From: Blasia pusilla
Lineage: Eukaryota
NCBI GenBank assembly: GCA_050084515.1
Contig: CM114271.1
Coordinates: forward strand, 21,390,001-21,454,000
Reading direction: 5' to 3'
Length of the DNA: 64,000 bases
Below the pieces are notes generated by a model. The model had not been told where the DNA came from. It saw only the letters and a program-made list of their open reading frames with translations, and did not search any database. The position numbers and the translations under genes were made by a program. Of the stretch, positions 1 through 13,400 are shown piece by piece (within the stretch, counting starts at the first letter, position 1; every line of letters begins with the position of its first letter).

Positions 1-1489
1 GAATCAAATATGTTTCCAGAGCCCTTTTACAGGCCCAAACTGGGATTGGGAGCATTCTTCTGCTGAGAGCTGATTGGAGAGCTAACTGGGGAATTTTAAT
101 TGAATTTGTCTCAAGCAAGTGTTAGGTAAAGTAGCTAACTACTTTGAGGAAGGGTAACTCTTGAGGCGTTTAATGCTCATTGGAATTCCTGGAGTTGAGT
201 GTGCTAAGCAGTGTCACGTGAGGAAAAAAATCAAGGGTTTAGAGAGGTGCGGGGAGCAAGTGAACTGATCAGTAACTTGGGAAAGCAAAGCTGGAAGGTT
301 TCCGCAGGAATGTACGCAGAAGCTTTAGGAAAGAGGGGTCTCCGGAATGGTTAGCAGTGGCATGGCAATTTGTTAAGAGTGTTTCTCTTATGGATTAAAT
401 TGGTGGGCCCTTTCCATGTCGCCTTGTTATCTTATTCCACTTTGAATGATGAGTCTATGTTGTTGTGTGAATCCCTTCGAGTTTGGGGGGGATTCTCCCC
501 TCATGCTTTGGTTTGTGAAAGGAAATCCTCGAGCAAGAAGTAGAGAGAGATTATTAGCTGCATTCTGATTAGTTGTGTAGGATTGCTCTTGCTTTTAAAT
601 GAGAAACCTGAATGCAAGATGGAGATAGGCATTCAAGGTGTTGGATGTCATTGCTATCACTATGGGAACATTGAATATTGAACTTCCAGTTTTTTTATCT
701 GCAAACCTCTCATCTTTATGTGCAAACCTCTGTGATTGGCATACGCAGATACCCTTTCATTTGTTTGTTTCGTAAAAAATGAAAGGAAGTCTATTTGTGA
801 GATCTCCATTGTGAGTAGCATGTAGCTCTCGAGACACTAAATGTGGAAAGTGATCAAACGTGTCTCTAACTACTTGCGCCACACACTTACAAGGCCATTG
901 CAATTCTCAAGAACCACAAAACTAGTTTATGTCGCCACCATATGGCTATGGGGAGTTATTAAAACTATGGTGTGGATATGCGAGATGCTACAAATTAACA
1001 CAACACTTCATAGTGTGATGGGAGTGTCAAAACTCATGAGACTAAAAAAGGGACTTACAAGGCAAAAATTGCACTCAATTTTTTACTCTATAACTTTTGG
1101 AGATGAGTAGCCACTCTTTTATAGAATACCATTTTGTGATGCCCGTTGTCAATTGTTGTGCCATGCCACTTGAGGCCCTACCACCTTGTGTTGTTGTGAA
1201 GTCGCACCATGTTGTTGAGTAATGTGTGGTCATAGCTGTAGCCGCCTTGTATTACTTGTGACCACATCACGTCATTGAGAGAAATTGTATTGTGTCAATA
1301 TTGGGGAGTATGATTGATTGGTGAGTGGAGAAGTTTGGTCAGTTGTATCAGTTGGCTCCTGCCTAGAAGCGACATCGACATTGTGTTTCAGGTTATCCAT
1401 CCTAGGCCCTAGGCCTTTTTGGAGGAAAAGTCTGGTACCGCATCATCTAGAGCATTGAGTGGTTCCAAGTTGTGGGCATACGAGATGGA

Positions 1490-1970
1490 TAATCTAGTCG
1501 TAAGACCTCAAAGGTTTTCAAGGGCCGTGGGGACCATTGAGTTGGACCACTTCCTTGCAGAGTTTTGAAGGTGATGTGACTTCCAGAGGGCAAGGAACTC
1601 CCAAGAGTAAACCCCTTTATAGATTGGAACGACATGTTTCAACATTTGGAGGGGTGGCCTATGGACAACTATCACAAGTTCTTGGCCTCGTTTCAACGGT
1701 AATCAAGGCTTGGAGACATTATTACAATCCACACTGTGTATCGTGGGCAAAGTCGTTCGCAGATGATGAGGAGGAGATGGGAAAGGCTACCTCATGTACT
1801 ACTAGTGAGATCCAAGGAGGGGTAGCCCACTTTGGAACAATTGCATCATCTTGTCAAGTTTGTTTGAGGTTCAACCCCTCGGTTAAGTTCTTCTTCGAGC
1901 CAAAGAGGAACTACGAGGCTCGGGGACTTTACTCTTCATTGGATTACTTGCCCCTGTGCGAGCAAAGATA
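1490..1970 (+). pseudogene. Decayed retrotransposon gag N-terminal fragment (family B, copy 1)
   Basis: Reads LVVRPQRFSRAVGTIELDHFLAEF*...FNPSVKFFFEPKRNYE across stops and frameshifts. The last motif aligns with FNLVVEFFAELQKNYQG at ~43228, which leads into a zinc knuckle and a protease. Confidence 0.55.
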
Positions 1971-3957
1971 GGGGCACTTTTATTAAAAAATGGCCAAATT
2001 TTGGAAGTACTGACCACTAAGATAGGGTTTTTTTTTTGCCAATTCCGCGTTGGTACGTAAGCAAGGGGTGACACAATCCAAAATCTAAGTAGAAAAAAAG
2101 CAAGGGGTACAAGTGACTTAACACAGAAAAATATTACATTTTAGATATACATTTAATAAATAAATAAATAATATAATCCCAAAGGAAACAAAAATCTTCC
2201 TTAAACAATTAAATAAAATAAATATTTCCTTGGTTGAATATGTTAAAGTGCATATCTTGGTGAAATATATCAAGTACATAAAGCTATATTTCTAGAGATG
2301 CTTTGGGCAAGGCTTAGGGTCATGTATCGGTGAGGTCATGTAGACACAACCTCATCAAAATACCTCCAAAAAACCTGAAACTTTGTTACGGCATGTATCT
2401 CTGTATCCTTATGATGTTAGATGTTTTTCAGAGCCAAATGATGTTCCAAAACAAAGTTAAAATTCCAAACCATAAAAAACAAAGGAAGATTTTGGAGGCT
2501 TCTTATAAGCCAAATTTCATGATCTAAACCATTCAAATCCTCCTTGGTTTCATGACACATCTCCCCCAAAATTCCCATCTAGATCCAATGGTCCAATTGT
2601 ATGTTACATTCCATCCAACATGGTACATGCGTGTTCATGAGCCGGAGAGCACATCTTTCTCTTAGCTCATATTCTAGTGATGACACTTGGCATGTGCATG
2701 TGTTGAAGCATTTGAAAGAAATCTAGAAAGTTTCATATGTTTTGGACTTGGGGATAGGGAATTAAAAACCAAAGATAATATGTCTTTTGGGATTTTTATT
2801 TTGAAATTGCAACATGAAAATGAAGATCTGAACCGTCTTGCTCATGAGGAACAAGATGGATGTCCAAAATTAAAAAACTTGGGAAGATCCAATGGTGAAA
2901 ATGAAATGAGTTCATAGCAAATTGAGAAATTGTCTCAAGGGAAGAGAGTGGGTTGCTTTTACATGTAGAAGGGCTCTTATATATCTCCAACCCCCCCTTG
3001 GTTTTGGAATTTTCAGGACCATTGGATCAGAATTATCCAAGGTTTGTGAGCCCTAGGATGGACCTGATTTGATCATGGCCTTTAGATCTAGCCAAGCCCT
3101 AGGATCACTCCCTCCCAGGGACTTTCAGCCACTCGATCAAGCAGGGCTGATCAAGGCCCTTGATTTTGAACGGGGGGGGGCAAAGGGGTAGTCGGACCCC
3201 AATGCCATTCTCTCCCTCATTTTTCGAGTTGGAGAGTTGGAAGAGGTGAGAGTTCTCTTTGAAGGCAAAGCCCTGGCCCTTTGGAAAAATCTCCTCCTTT
3301 CTGTTGCTAGTGCTTGTGATTGCGAGAACACTCTCCCCCCTTCAGGTCTGTTGGAGCTCAAGGAGATCTCAAGCACTTGGTTCTCTCCGAGGTTCCTTCA
3401 CATTTTTCTGCAGGTTCTAAGCTCACACTTTGGGGGCTGCTGCTGGTGGGAACTCTCGGATGGGTGCTGCATAGTCCAAACTCATTCTGCCTCTGCTATT
3501 GCTATTGCTCTTTTCCCGACTCTTATTGCTGCTGTTGTTGCTAAAGCTCCTGCTGCAAAACAAGTTTTGTCCTCACTCCCTACTGTATCCTAGGCAACCT
3601 CGGACTTGCTCACTCTTGCTAATCCTCCAATTGCTGCATTTCCACTTCTGCAATGGCTCTTACTCACTCCTACTATTGTTTTTGCAATAGCTTTTGCAGG
3701 TTCTATCCTCGTACTCCTCTTCAGCTGCTGCAAGTTCCATCCGCGGACCAGACTTTAGTTGTTGCATTGTCACCTCCTGCAACTCTTGGTCATTGTAGTA
3801 TTATTGTTGTTGTTGGTGCTGCTCCAAGATCAAGTAGGGGTGGTGGTTGCTGTAGAGGCTTCTTCAACCTTGGACTCACAAAGCTGCTGCTGCCATTTCT
3901 CCAGGTAGGGTATTCTCTCTCTCCTCTCCCTCTCCCCCTTGATTATATTTGAAGGGG

Positions 3958-4987
3958 CTTTTGTCATAAGACAGAAACCTCCAGGGAGATCCCCCCCTTG
4001 CTTCTCATATTTCTGTCATAAGATAGAAACCTCATGTGGGATCCCCCTTCTCCCCCTACTTCTCAAGTTTTTGTCATAAGACAGAAACCTGAGGGGGATC
4101 CTCCCCCCACCCCTCTCTCCCTCAAATTCTCCCCCCGTGCTTCTCAGGTTGCTGTCACAACACAGAAACCTAAGAGAGGTTCCTGTCTTATGATAGAAAC
4201 CTCAGGTGGGATCCCCCCTCTCCCCCTCTCTCCCTCAAATTCTCCCCCCTGCTTCTCAAGTTTCTGTCATAAGACAGAAACCTGAGGGGGGATCCCTCCC
4301 CTCTCTTCCTCAAATTCTCCCCCCTGCTTTTCTGGTTTCTGTCTTATGATAGAAACCTAAGGTGGGTCCCCTCTCCCCCTCTCTCCCTCAAATTCTCCCC
4401 TATGCTTCTCAGGTTTCTGTCATAAGATAGAAACCTGAGGGGGGATCCCCCCACTCCCCCTTCCCCTCTCTCCCTCAAATTCTTCCCCCCTTGCTTCTTA
4501 GGTTTCTGTCATAAGACAGAAACCTCAGGTGGGATCCCCCCTCTCCCCCTCTCTCCCTCAAATTCTCCCCTCTACTTCTCAGGTTTTTGTCATAAGACAG
4601 AAACCCCCCCTCTCTCCCTCAAATTCTCGCCCCGCTTCTCAGGTTTCTATCATAAGACAGAAACATGAGGGGGGATCCCCCCTTGCTTCTCTGGTTTATG
4701 TCTTATGACAGAAACCTTAGGGGGGATCCCCCTCCACCCCCCTCTCCCAGGTTTCTGTCATAAGATAGAAAACTGGGGGGGGGGGGGGTGTCCCAGTTTA
4801 TGTTTGTCTCTTATTGCTCTCTCCTTGAATTGGATCCCCCCTTCCCCCCTATTCCTGGTTTCTATCATAAGACAGAAACCAGGAACTGAGGAGAGAGGGC
4901 AAATCACTACCTCTCCCTCACTCTCTCCCTAAAATATTTCCACCCTTTTCCCCTCTCTCAGGTTTCTGTCATAAGACAGAAACCTGA
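3958..4987. repeat. Tandem array of ~15 hairpin palindromes (CAGGTTTCTGTC-ATAA-GACAGAAACCTG) with C/T-rich linkers and GGGGGATCCCCC palindromes
   Basis: Directly visible. Copies at about 3960, 4010, 4067, 4145, 4178, 4258, 4333, 4410, 4500, 4580, 4640, 4693, 4748, 4856 and 4959, with variable 30-110 bp spacing. Confidence 0.95.
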
Positions 4988-5061
4988 CTTGTCCTAGGTT
5001 GTGGCAGTGTTATGAATTGCATATGAATGTGAATTCATTTGCGTTGATCTTTTACTCAGAC

Positions 5062-5659
5062 ATGGTAAGACACACTGATAGCAGCTCCTACAAGACCCGA
5101 TCCCCTTTAGATGCTTTCTATTTCCAAGCAACGCTTCAAGCCTTGCCCTTTGAAGTGAAGAAGGCGATCTTCATCAAAGTCCAGCCGATCTCCTTCTTTG
5201 AGCGCATAGCTGCATTGCCACTTCTGTGTCAATTGAAGATTTTTAGTTATGCATGTGGCCATGCACTATTGGGAATGGGACCTTGCGCAGAGGACTGCAT
5301 GCTGGAGGTTTCATGAACAAATTTGTTAGCTATATATGAAGATGGCTGATTTGTGTTGTTGCACAAGGATCGGTACTCCATTTTGGCGTGGTTGATGTTG
5401 GGAGTGGCAGATTGGATTACAATCCATATTTTCCATGACCAGAATGGGTTTTTGGTTGGTGAGGACAACTCTCCTCACATGAGGAAAGATGTAGCTATGA
5501 TCCACCAGGCCATTACCTTCTCTGGTCGTATTGTGTGCCTCCGATTTGAGTATTGCTACATGCCAGAGGGATTGCTGCCACCTGCAAGAAAATTGCTTGG
5601 CTAGACGGTATCTTAGGCAGCGGTTGAGAGGATGTTTTTTCCCATGTTGTAGCCGGGTG
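5062..5659 (+). pseudogene. Decayed ORF of unknown function with two weak F-box-like motifs, truncated by the LTR insertion
   Basis: ATG at 5062 follows an acceptor-like ttttactcag. ORFs 4999-5316 and 5353-5604 are in the same frame, separated by stops. Motifs LPFEVKKAIF and LPLLCQLKIF. Confidence 0.3.
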
Positions 5660-6690
5660 TGTCGCGACCCTCATAACCAAACAACACCAAATAGGCGCAA
5701 AGCAAAACATCAGAACTCAAAGGAACTCACGCTGCGAGGTTTGCGCTTTGGAGAGGCGTTTGGAAAAGTCTCTTGGAAAAGTCTAAGAGACGAAACGCGG
5801 AACAAAGTTGTGCGTTTCATACGTTAGTGGTCGCGACCAGGAAACCTAGACCAAATACGAGCCAAGACTTGAGATGAGTTGAGTCTTGGGAGGTTGGTTG
5901 CCAAAGAGGTGAGAACCAGTTTGGAACACGACTAGCGTTTGGGAGAATCTGACTGTATTTAGGACCATAACGTTGAGCTCCAATATGCGTTCGGGACAAG
6001 TAAGGGCGCGTTGGAAAGATTATCTTAAGACGCTTCCGATGCACTAAAGATCTTAGAAAACGCATAAGTACAAGCTGAGATATTGGCCGAAAACGATTGA
6101 GAGAGCAATCGGGTTGAGGGCCAATTGGAGAGGCCCGGGTGTCTTTCCCTAAATGTAGGGGGCCCCCGGAGATCCCCAGAAGTACTAGTAAGGGAGGACT
6201 CTCTCCGAGATGTCTCGGGAAATGAATCCCCACTTTGGGCGCCAAACGGTGTTTCAGAGGCACGGGATGGAACGGGAGTTTGGCACGGGAACTTGAAACC
6301 CAAACCTGATCCAAGGGAGTGGACTTTGTACGCCACACTTGGATTCCAACCCGAGATTCACTTCGTGCGAGTCTTGGTGAGGAACTCATTGGATGTCCAT
6401 CGGACAGTTGGAACCGCTAGTCGCGAAATGCCGTTTCAGGTTCCTTAACCGACCAGAAAGTCTGTCCCAAGTCTTTCGAGATTTGTCCGTGTTGTAAACC
6501 GCGAAACTAGGAAGGTTGAGCTTGATGAGAGTCCGAGACGAGAACTCGGAAAGTAACCCCGCTGGTTGATCCAAGACCCGACTAACCACAGTGCGTGTTT
6601 GGATGCAGATCAGCATTGAGAGCGTGACCTACTGAACGCACCCTTCCACAACAAACAAGATTAATGTTCAAGGAGAGTAGGCGCACGACA
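5660..6690 (+). mobile_element. 5' LTR of Ty3/gypsy element (family A)
   Basis: Termini TGTCGCG...CACGACA (inverted, TG...CA), followed by a PBS. Both ends are matched by the solo LTR at 43645-44646. Confidence 0.93.
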
Positions 6691-6692
6691 CG

Positions 6693-6704
6693 TGGTATCA
6701 GAGC
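6693..6704 (+). promoter_or_regulatory. Primer binding site complementary to tRNA-iMet 3' end
   Basis: TGGTATCAGAGC, 2 nt after the LTR end. Confidence 0.92.
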
Positions 6705-6840
6705 TTATCCTTGATGAGCGTGAACTTGGGGTCGTTGAAGATTTGGACGTTTGGGGAGAACTCAAGGTAGCCGGAAGACCGCGACGCCGAGGAGGAACGC
6801 AAGAGGCGAGGAGGAGATCTGAGAAAGCGAAGACTCGCAA

Positions 6841-9800
6841 ATGGCGACCAAAGGCGAAGAACCAAGGAAACCGCGAGTCAAAGCAAAACATCCGAGAGAC
6901 GAATCAATGACGGACCGAGAGCCAAAGGTGGAATTTGCGACTCCCAAAGTGCCGAGTCCCAGACATGAGGATGTTCCAACCGAAAATCTTTCCGCGGGAC
7001 CTTTGGGTCCAAACTTAAACGATCCGACCTTTTATATCCAAATGATGGGATTGATGAAGGTGATGGCGGACCAGATGGCCGAACAGAGCAAGGTGATATC
7101 GGAATTCAAGTCAAATGGAGCCTCTAGTTCCGGCAAGAAGCTTTGTAAGACTAATTTTCCTACGCCATTCACAGGAATGGGGCGTTCTCGGAAAGTGAGC
7201 GAGTTTCTAACGGAACTCAAACTTTATTTCGAAGCGCAAAAAGCGGATTTAACAAGACAAAGTGATCAGAGCGGTCACGTTTCTGAAGGATCACGCTCTC
7301 CATTGGTGGACAGCTCACCGTAAAGAACATGTAGGTCGTGGGAAAACGTTGAGTTGGGAAGATTTCAAGGAGTTGATTGGGAACCGATTCACTCCGGAAT
7401 ATCAGGAGTATCGCGATTGCATGGAGGTGGTGAGGTTGCGCCAGAGTGGATCCCTTGGCGCTTATGTGCGAGTGTTTAGTGCACTCAAGAGTGCACTTTC
7501 CACGGATGAACATACAAAAAATGTGATCTTCCTAAGTGGACTCAAACCGAGTGCCGAAAAGGCCCTCTTTTGTATGCCTCACATCCCAGAGACGTGCGCG
7601 GATCTTCTGAGACTAGCAGAGTGGATTGGGGACGATGAAGTCCAACACCCGAAACCCTTTGAGCCAAAAAGTTTTTCTAAGTTACCGAAAAACTAAGGGA
7701 CATCCAAGAGGGTTTGGAATGGGGGTGAGCGCGACCACGTAGGGTCTCTTGCCCCAGCAGCGAAACGAGTGGAACTCAACGCAAAGCCAAAAGGGCCGCC
7801 GTTTACGAAGTCAACGAATGCCAAAGTGATTTGCTACAACTGTGGCGAACCCGGACATATGGCTAAGGAATGTGTTAGGCCCAAGGTTAGTAAACCGAGT
7901 ATGATTGCGTTTGCCGCTTTGCATTTATCCGAGGGAGATCTAGATACATCTCTACAAGTCACCAAGAGAACGCTCAATTTGGTTTACCTAGGATCCAGGA
8001 TCGCTAATCGCGATGTGATGTTGCTCGTTGATACAGGTGCTTCGCACTCATTCTTGAGACCGAGAATCGTGAAAACGTTGGCATTACCAACCACCAAGGC
8101 GGATGAACCCATTAGGGTAGGATTCGCGGGAGGCAAGTCCCACCAGACTTCAGATCTGGTTTTAGGGCTAGTTGTGAGATGCGGAGTATTTGAGTTGAAG
8201 GAGAATTTGAGTTGAGTGGTATCGACGGAGTCTTGGGGAACACGTTCTTGGATGCGTATGAGGTGGAACTGAGGTGAAGACCTTTGAGGTTGAGCGTCTT
8301 GGTTAACGGCAAACGGACGGACGTCAGATTGGTTCGCGAGGTGCCTAGGAAGACGGAGTTGGTGAACGCCATCATGAGGACGAGTTTGGCCGAGTTAGAG
8401 GAAGGATTTCTTTGCTTGATGAGACAAGTATAGGATGATGCAAGCGCGAGATGCAGAGATCAGAACTCAGCTTCAAGGAGAATCCCTGAAACACTCAAAA
8501 GAGTTGTGAAAGAATTTGGAGATGTGTTGACTAAGGAGCTTCCGACTGAGTTGCCACCACATAGGGCGGTTGATCATAAGATTGAGGTGATACCAGGATC
8601 TCAACCACCTTCAAAAGCACCATATAGGTTGAATCAAGAGGAACTTGCTGAGTTGAAGAAACAGTCGGGTGAACTCCTAGAGAGGGGTTACATCCGAACA
8701 AGCAAGTCACCTTATGGGGCGCCCGTCCTCTTTGTAAAGGAGAAGGATGGGAAGTTGAGACTCTGTGTTGATTATCGGGTGCTGAATAAAGTGACGGTAA
8801 GGAACAACTATCCTCTACCAAGGATGGATGACCTCTTTGATCGATTTTCGGGTGCCAAGTATTTCAGACGGATTGATCTGAAATCAGGATATTATCAGAT
8901 TCGGATTGCCGAAGCGGATGTAGAGAAGACTGCGTGTAGAACGAGATACGGTTTGTTCGAGTTTGTGGTAATGCCTTTCAGTCTTTGTAATGCGCCTCCA
9001 ACGTTTACCACTTTGATGAACTCCATCTTTCATAAGGAGACGGATGAGTTTGTGATCATCTATATTGATGACATACTCATCTATTCGAAAACACTAGAGG
9101 AGCACGCTCGACATTTGAAGACGGTGTTTGAGAAACTTAGGGCGAACAAGCTGTATGCGAATGCGGATAAGAGTGAGTTCGTTTTGACGAAGATCAAGTT
9201 CTTGGGGCATGTGGTTAGTGCGGATGGAGTGAGTCCAGACATGGAGAAGGTAAGCGCAATTGCCGAATGGGAACCGCCTTCCACGGTGAAGGGGATGAGA
9301 AGGTTCATCGGAGCAGTCCAGTTTTACCGGACATACGTGAAGAACTTTTCGGGAATAGTGAAACCTCTCACGGATTGGACCGCAAAGTTTGCCAATACTA
9401 CATGGACCGAGGAAGTGGATAAAGCGTTCAATCGAGTCAAAGAGATCCCCTCGCAGGAACGAATCTGAAACTTCCGGAGTTTGACCAACCGTTCGAGGTG
9501 CACACGGACGCTAGTGATTTCGCGATTGTGGGAATGTTAGTGCAAAAAGGGAGACCGGTAGCATACGAGAGCAAGAAGCTTAGCGACACCGAAAGGAGAT
9601 GGCCGACTCATGAGAAAGAGTTGTTTGCGGTGGTTCACTGCTTGAGGAAGTGGCGTCACTATCTAGGACTTCACAGGACTCGAGTATTCACCGATAACAT
9701 ATCGCTCAAGTATTTTGAGACCCTGGATCACGTAACGCCAAAGCAACTTTGGTGGCATGATACCTTGGCGTTGATGAATGTGGAGCTAATCCACAAGACG

Positions 9801-10243
9801 GGGAAAGACAATGTCATTCCAGATGTGTTAAGTCGCACGGATGAGCACATGCCATCGACGACACAAGTGTTGAGAGCAATGTTCCCTAATGAAACAGACC
9901 TGGAAAGAAGGATTGTGAAGGATACATAGAGGATGCGCAACCAAGGGAGTACCTTGGGAAGTTAAAGCGGGGCGAGAAGGTGGCCAATCTGATTTTGAGA
10001 CACGGCTTGCTAAGGTTCAAGCAGAGGAGGATCTATGAAGGCCAAGGCAAGCTACGGACCAAGGTATTTGTGGAATGTCATGATGGACCTTTGGCGGGAC
10101 ACAAAGGGGAGAAATCCACTCTTGCTGTTTTGACCAAAAGGTTCTTCTGGCCCAACATGAAGGAAGATGTTGCTCAATATGTGAAAACATGCCTGACCTG
10201 TCAGGTGAACCGCATTTCTTATGCGAAGAAACAAGGCTTACTT
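6841..10243 (+). pseudogene. Ty3/gypsy gag-pol (gag, CCHC knuckle, protease, RT, RNase H, integrase zinc finger), frameshifted and 3'-truncated
   Basis: Gag ALHWW..SWEDFK; knuckle CYNCGEPGHMAKEC; protease LLVDTGASHSF; RT KLRLCVDYR...MPFSLCNAP...YIDDILIYS; RNase H HTDASD...EKELFAVVHCL; integrase H..GH...CLTC. Order PR-RT-RH-IN. Homology stops near 10243 and no 3' LTR follows. Confidence 0.95.
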
Positions 10244-10428
10244 CATGTGTGGTGGAGGATGGGTTGGCACCATGATGTGATTCATAGATGAGTAGGGTTT
10301 TTCCAATGGCTATTATGAGGCCTCTAATTTTGTGGGGAATGACTGACTTTTGCACTCGAGGACACTAATTTTAGGTTTTTGGCAGAGAAGGTGATTGAAG
10401 CGGAGTATGTGTGGGGTGATCATTTGTA

Positions 10429-13400
10429 TTGCTCACAATGTCACACAAAATTAAGCTCCTTTATTTACTATTGATCGGGGTTGAAAAAACAGAACCACTA
10501 TTGAGATATGCCTATAAGGATGAGGAAACCTTAGAGAACATGAGGGATAAACTTAACAAATCAAAGAAGTGGAGAGATGTTGAGTTTAGTTTTTGGGATA
10601 AGAGAATACCTGGAATTGTAGATAAGGACATGGAAGATTGTAATATGCTAGAGGATATTGGAGAGGAAGTTTATTTGATAGATAGTAGGATTGACAAGGG
10701 TACATTTTATGAAAAGGAGGAGGGAGGGAAAAACAGTAGGGAACTGACCTATCGGTAGAGGCCAGTTCCATGGGATCTAACACTACTCCATCCCCATGTG
10801 GGCCCAATCCCAATTCGGGAGAAGGAGGGGATAATTTGATCTCTGATTTGGTAGGTGGGAGCTCACGTCAATCCCTTGATATTGATGATGTGAGGGGTAC
10901 ATGGGGCTCAGCGTTGATGAAACCCTTGTACACGTCATATTGGAAAAGTAAGACCAAGGGATTAGATAGGTTGATGAAGGACCTGAAATTAGACCACCAT
11001 AGATGGTCTGTGCGAACCTTTGATAAACATGGGGAACCTCAGGGTACATTTTTCTGCGAGGAGTGTGTTGAAGAGTACGGCACCGCAGATGGCTCCGAGG
11101 ACAAGAACTGCATAGATAATACATTCAATAATTGGAGAAAGCATATTCTAACAATTCAGCATGAGAGGCGGTGGTCAGAGAGAAATAACTTACTTGTCAC
11201 AAAGAGAACCAAGTTTGAAATGCGCAGGCCTCAACCTGTGGATCCAAGACTTGCAGTGGAGGAAGGGCTTAGAATCATGGAGGAGGTGAACTCGGCCTCG
11301 GGTTTAGAGAAATCACCTTATATCCATTGGAGTGGAGACCTTGTTGTGGAGCCAATTGTGGCTTTCAAGTTTAAAGCTCATTGTGTATATTGTAAAGAGA
11401 CCATCCACTTAGCCCCTGCGCATAAGAACTTGAAGAAAAACCTAGAGCAGCATTTGACAAGCAAGTTCCATCTCAGAGGTGTGGAACTGAGTAGAGCAAA
11501 TGCTTATGCACCTCTAAGGACGGGAAAGGCAAGCAGACCTGCAAAGCCTTACGATAGAGACACTAAGCCCAACAATGCCCTTGAGAGGTGGCTGGTGAAG
11601 TGTTTTCGGCGTGGGGGATCTCAACATGGCAGAGGTTTTGAAGGTGAGGCTTCACATATTGAAAACCTTGCCGACTTTCTGTTATCTCAATTGTGTTGGG
11701 GTTATTGGAGAGACACTATGGAGGTCTCTGGCATTCAAAAAAGAAGTAAATGCAATATTGCATGATGAGAAGGGAGGAAAAACATGGGAATGAGATGCCA
11801 GAGTTAGGAAGAGGGTGTTCAACCCCATATCTGAGTGTTGGGTGGACATAAGGGGTTTGTTCAGATCAATTAATTGTCTGCATGTTAGTAGATTGGGAGG
11901 TGGTTTTAAGCACTTCACTTGTGATGAGTGCTTCAAGATGACTAACGAGGGGGATTTTAGGACGAGAGTTGACAGAGAAGACAAGACTGGGACTCGGCGA
12001 GGGACAAGATCGACCTTGATGCGCATAAGATTGGACTATCTCACTAAGCCTGTGCTACGGTTGCAGTACTTATGCTCGTGAGAGGAGAACATTGCACTTG
12101 ATCAATTTTGGCTTGAGAAAGAGGGTATGTGCACTCCAGACAAAGAAACATAAACTAGACTTCGTGTTAGATCGGGCAGCCAATAGGAAATATTTGCTTT
12201 CTTTCCTTCGAAACATTATAGTAGCGCATAGGAGTGGATACTTTGGAGGACAAGAAGCCCTTTGGGACTATCTCCAAGATCTAGGAAAAAATATGAATAG
12301 GAAAGAGAAGGGGCACAGATTTTCAAAAAGGACAAATGCCATTGCTCAGGCACTTTTGCAATTTGGCGGTCGACCTGTAGCAAGATGCCTACCGTTGAAC
12401 CTTATGGGCCCAAGTTTAAGTACATTAAAAAGAGAAATAAGAAATTTTGTTCCCTTTCAATGCGGCATTAGATCAGAGGTGTTTAAAGAAGTGGGACGGA
12501 TACTGACTGCAGCAAAGGAGAGAAATGGCATCACTGGGGATGTCCCTGTGGTGTTTGCTCAAGACGAAACCAGGGTGAAAGGTCGTGTGAGGTATTTTCT
12601 TAAAGACATGCTCCTTTACATTGAACTATTTGATGTCTTGAATGGTAGAGCATACCTTGTTTTTGAAGTTGCTTTGTATTGCCTTTTGAGGATAATCTTA
12701 GGTTTCTTTTTCTCCTTGTGGTATGTGGGAATCAAAGTGGGATGCTCTGTTGGGTTTTTGTGGTCTCTCTAAAAACCATCAATGTAGTTTAGGCTTGGAA
12801 ATTGTGGTTGGAGAGGGAGATGAGGGATATGAGAAAATCATGTCCACATTTGAGAGTCATATAATCGGTGTTTATGCTCGTATAATTGTTGTAAACCCTC
12901 TACATGAGAAACTTCCCAAACTAGTTATTTGTGCCACCTGCACATGTAATGGGTTTACAGCAGATTGGGTAAGGGCTCAGTGGGAGGTTACGAAAACAGA
13001 TGCACTTCGATAAAAACGTGTGATGGAAAACCCATCGGAAGTACAAAAGAGGGGGACTCAAAGAGTCAAAACCTGAAGGCCACAACAAGACTAGAAAAGG
13101 AAGAAGGGGGCATTCCCCCCCTAACGACGAAACTCACCAACAGCAGAGACAATATCAGCAACAACAAGAGAGCTATGACTACTACTAAGTGGGCCTCTAG
13201 CGCCGGCGTCTCCACGACTGAGCCGCCGCAAAAGCCCATTAGCCTGGGCACGCTGCAATGCTATGGAGACCTGCTACCTACAATAGAGAATCGCAGTAGC
13301 TAAGGAAAACCCATTTCTCGAGTGGAGATGATGGGCGCAGTCCGTAAGGAACGAGTCAAACCTCTCCCCCATAACCCCATACATCTCTATGGCCAGGGGG

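Noticed and set aside
3958-4987. CRISPR array
   Set aside because: Linkers are similar to each other and variable in length, there are no cas genes, and the context is eukaryotic.
5817-6448. ORFs of 100-190 aa inside the LTR
   Set aside because: They lie wholly within the LTR, show no domains and are not kept open in the other LTR copies.
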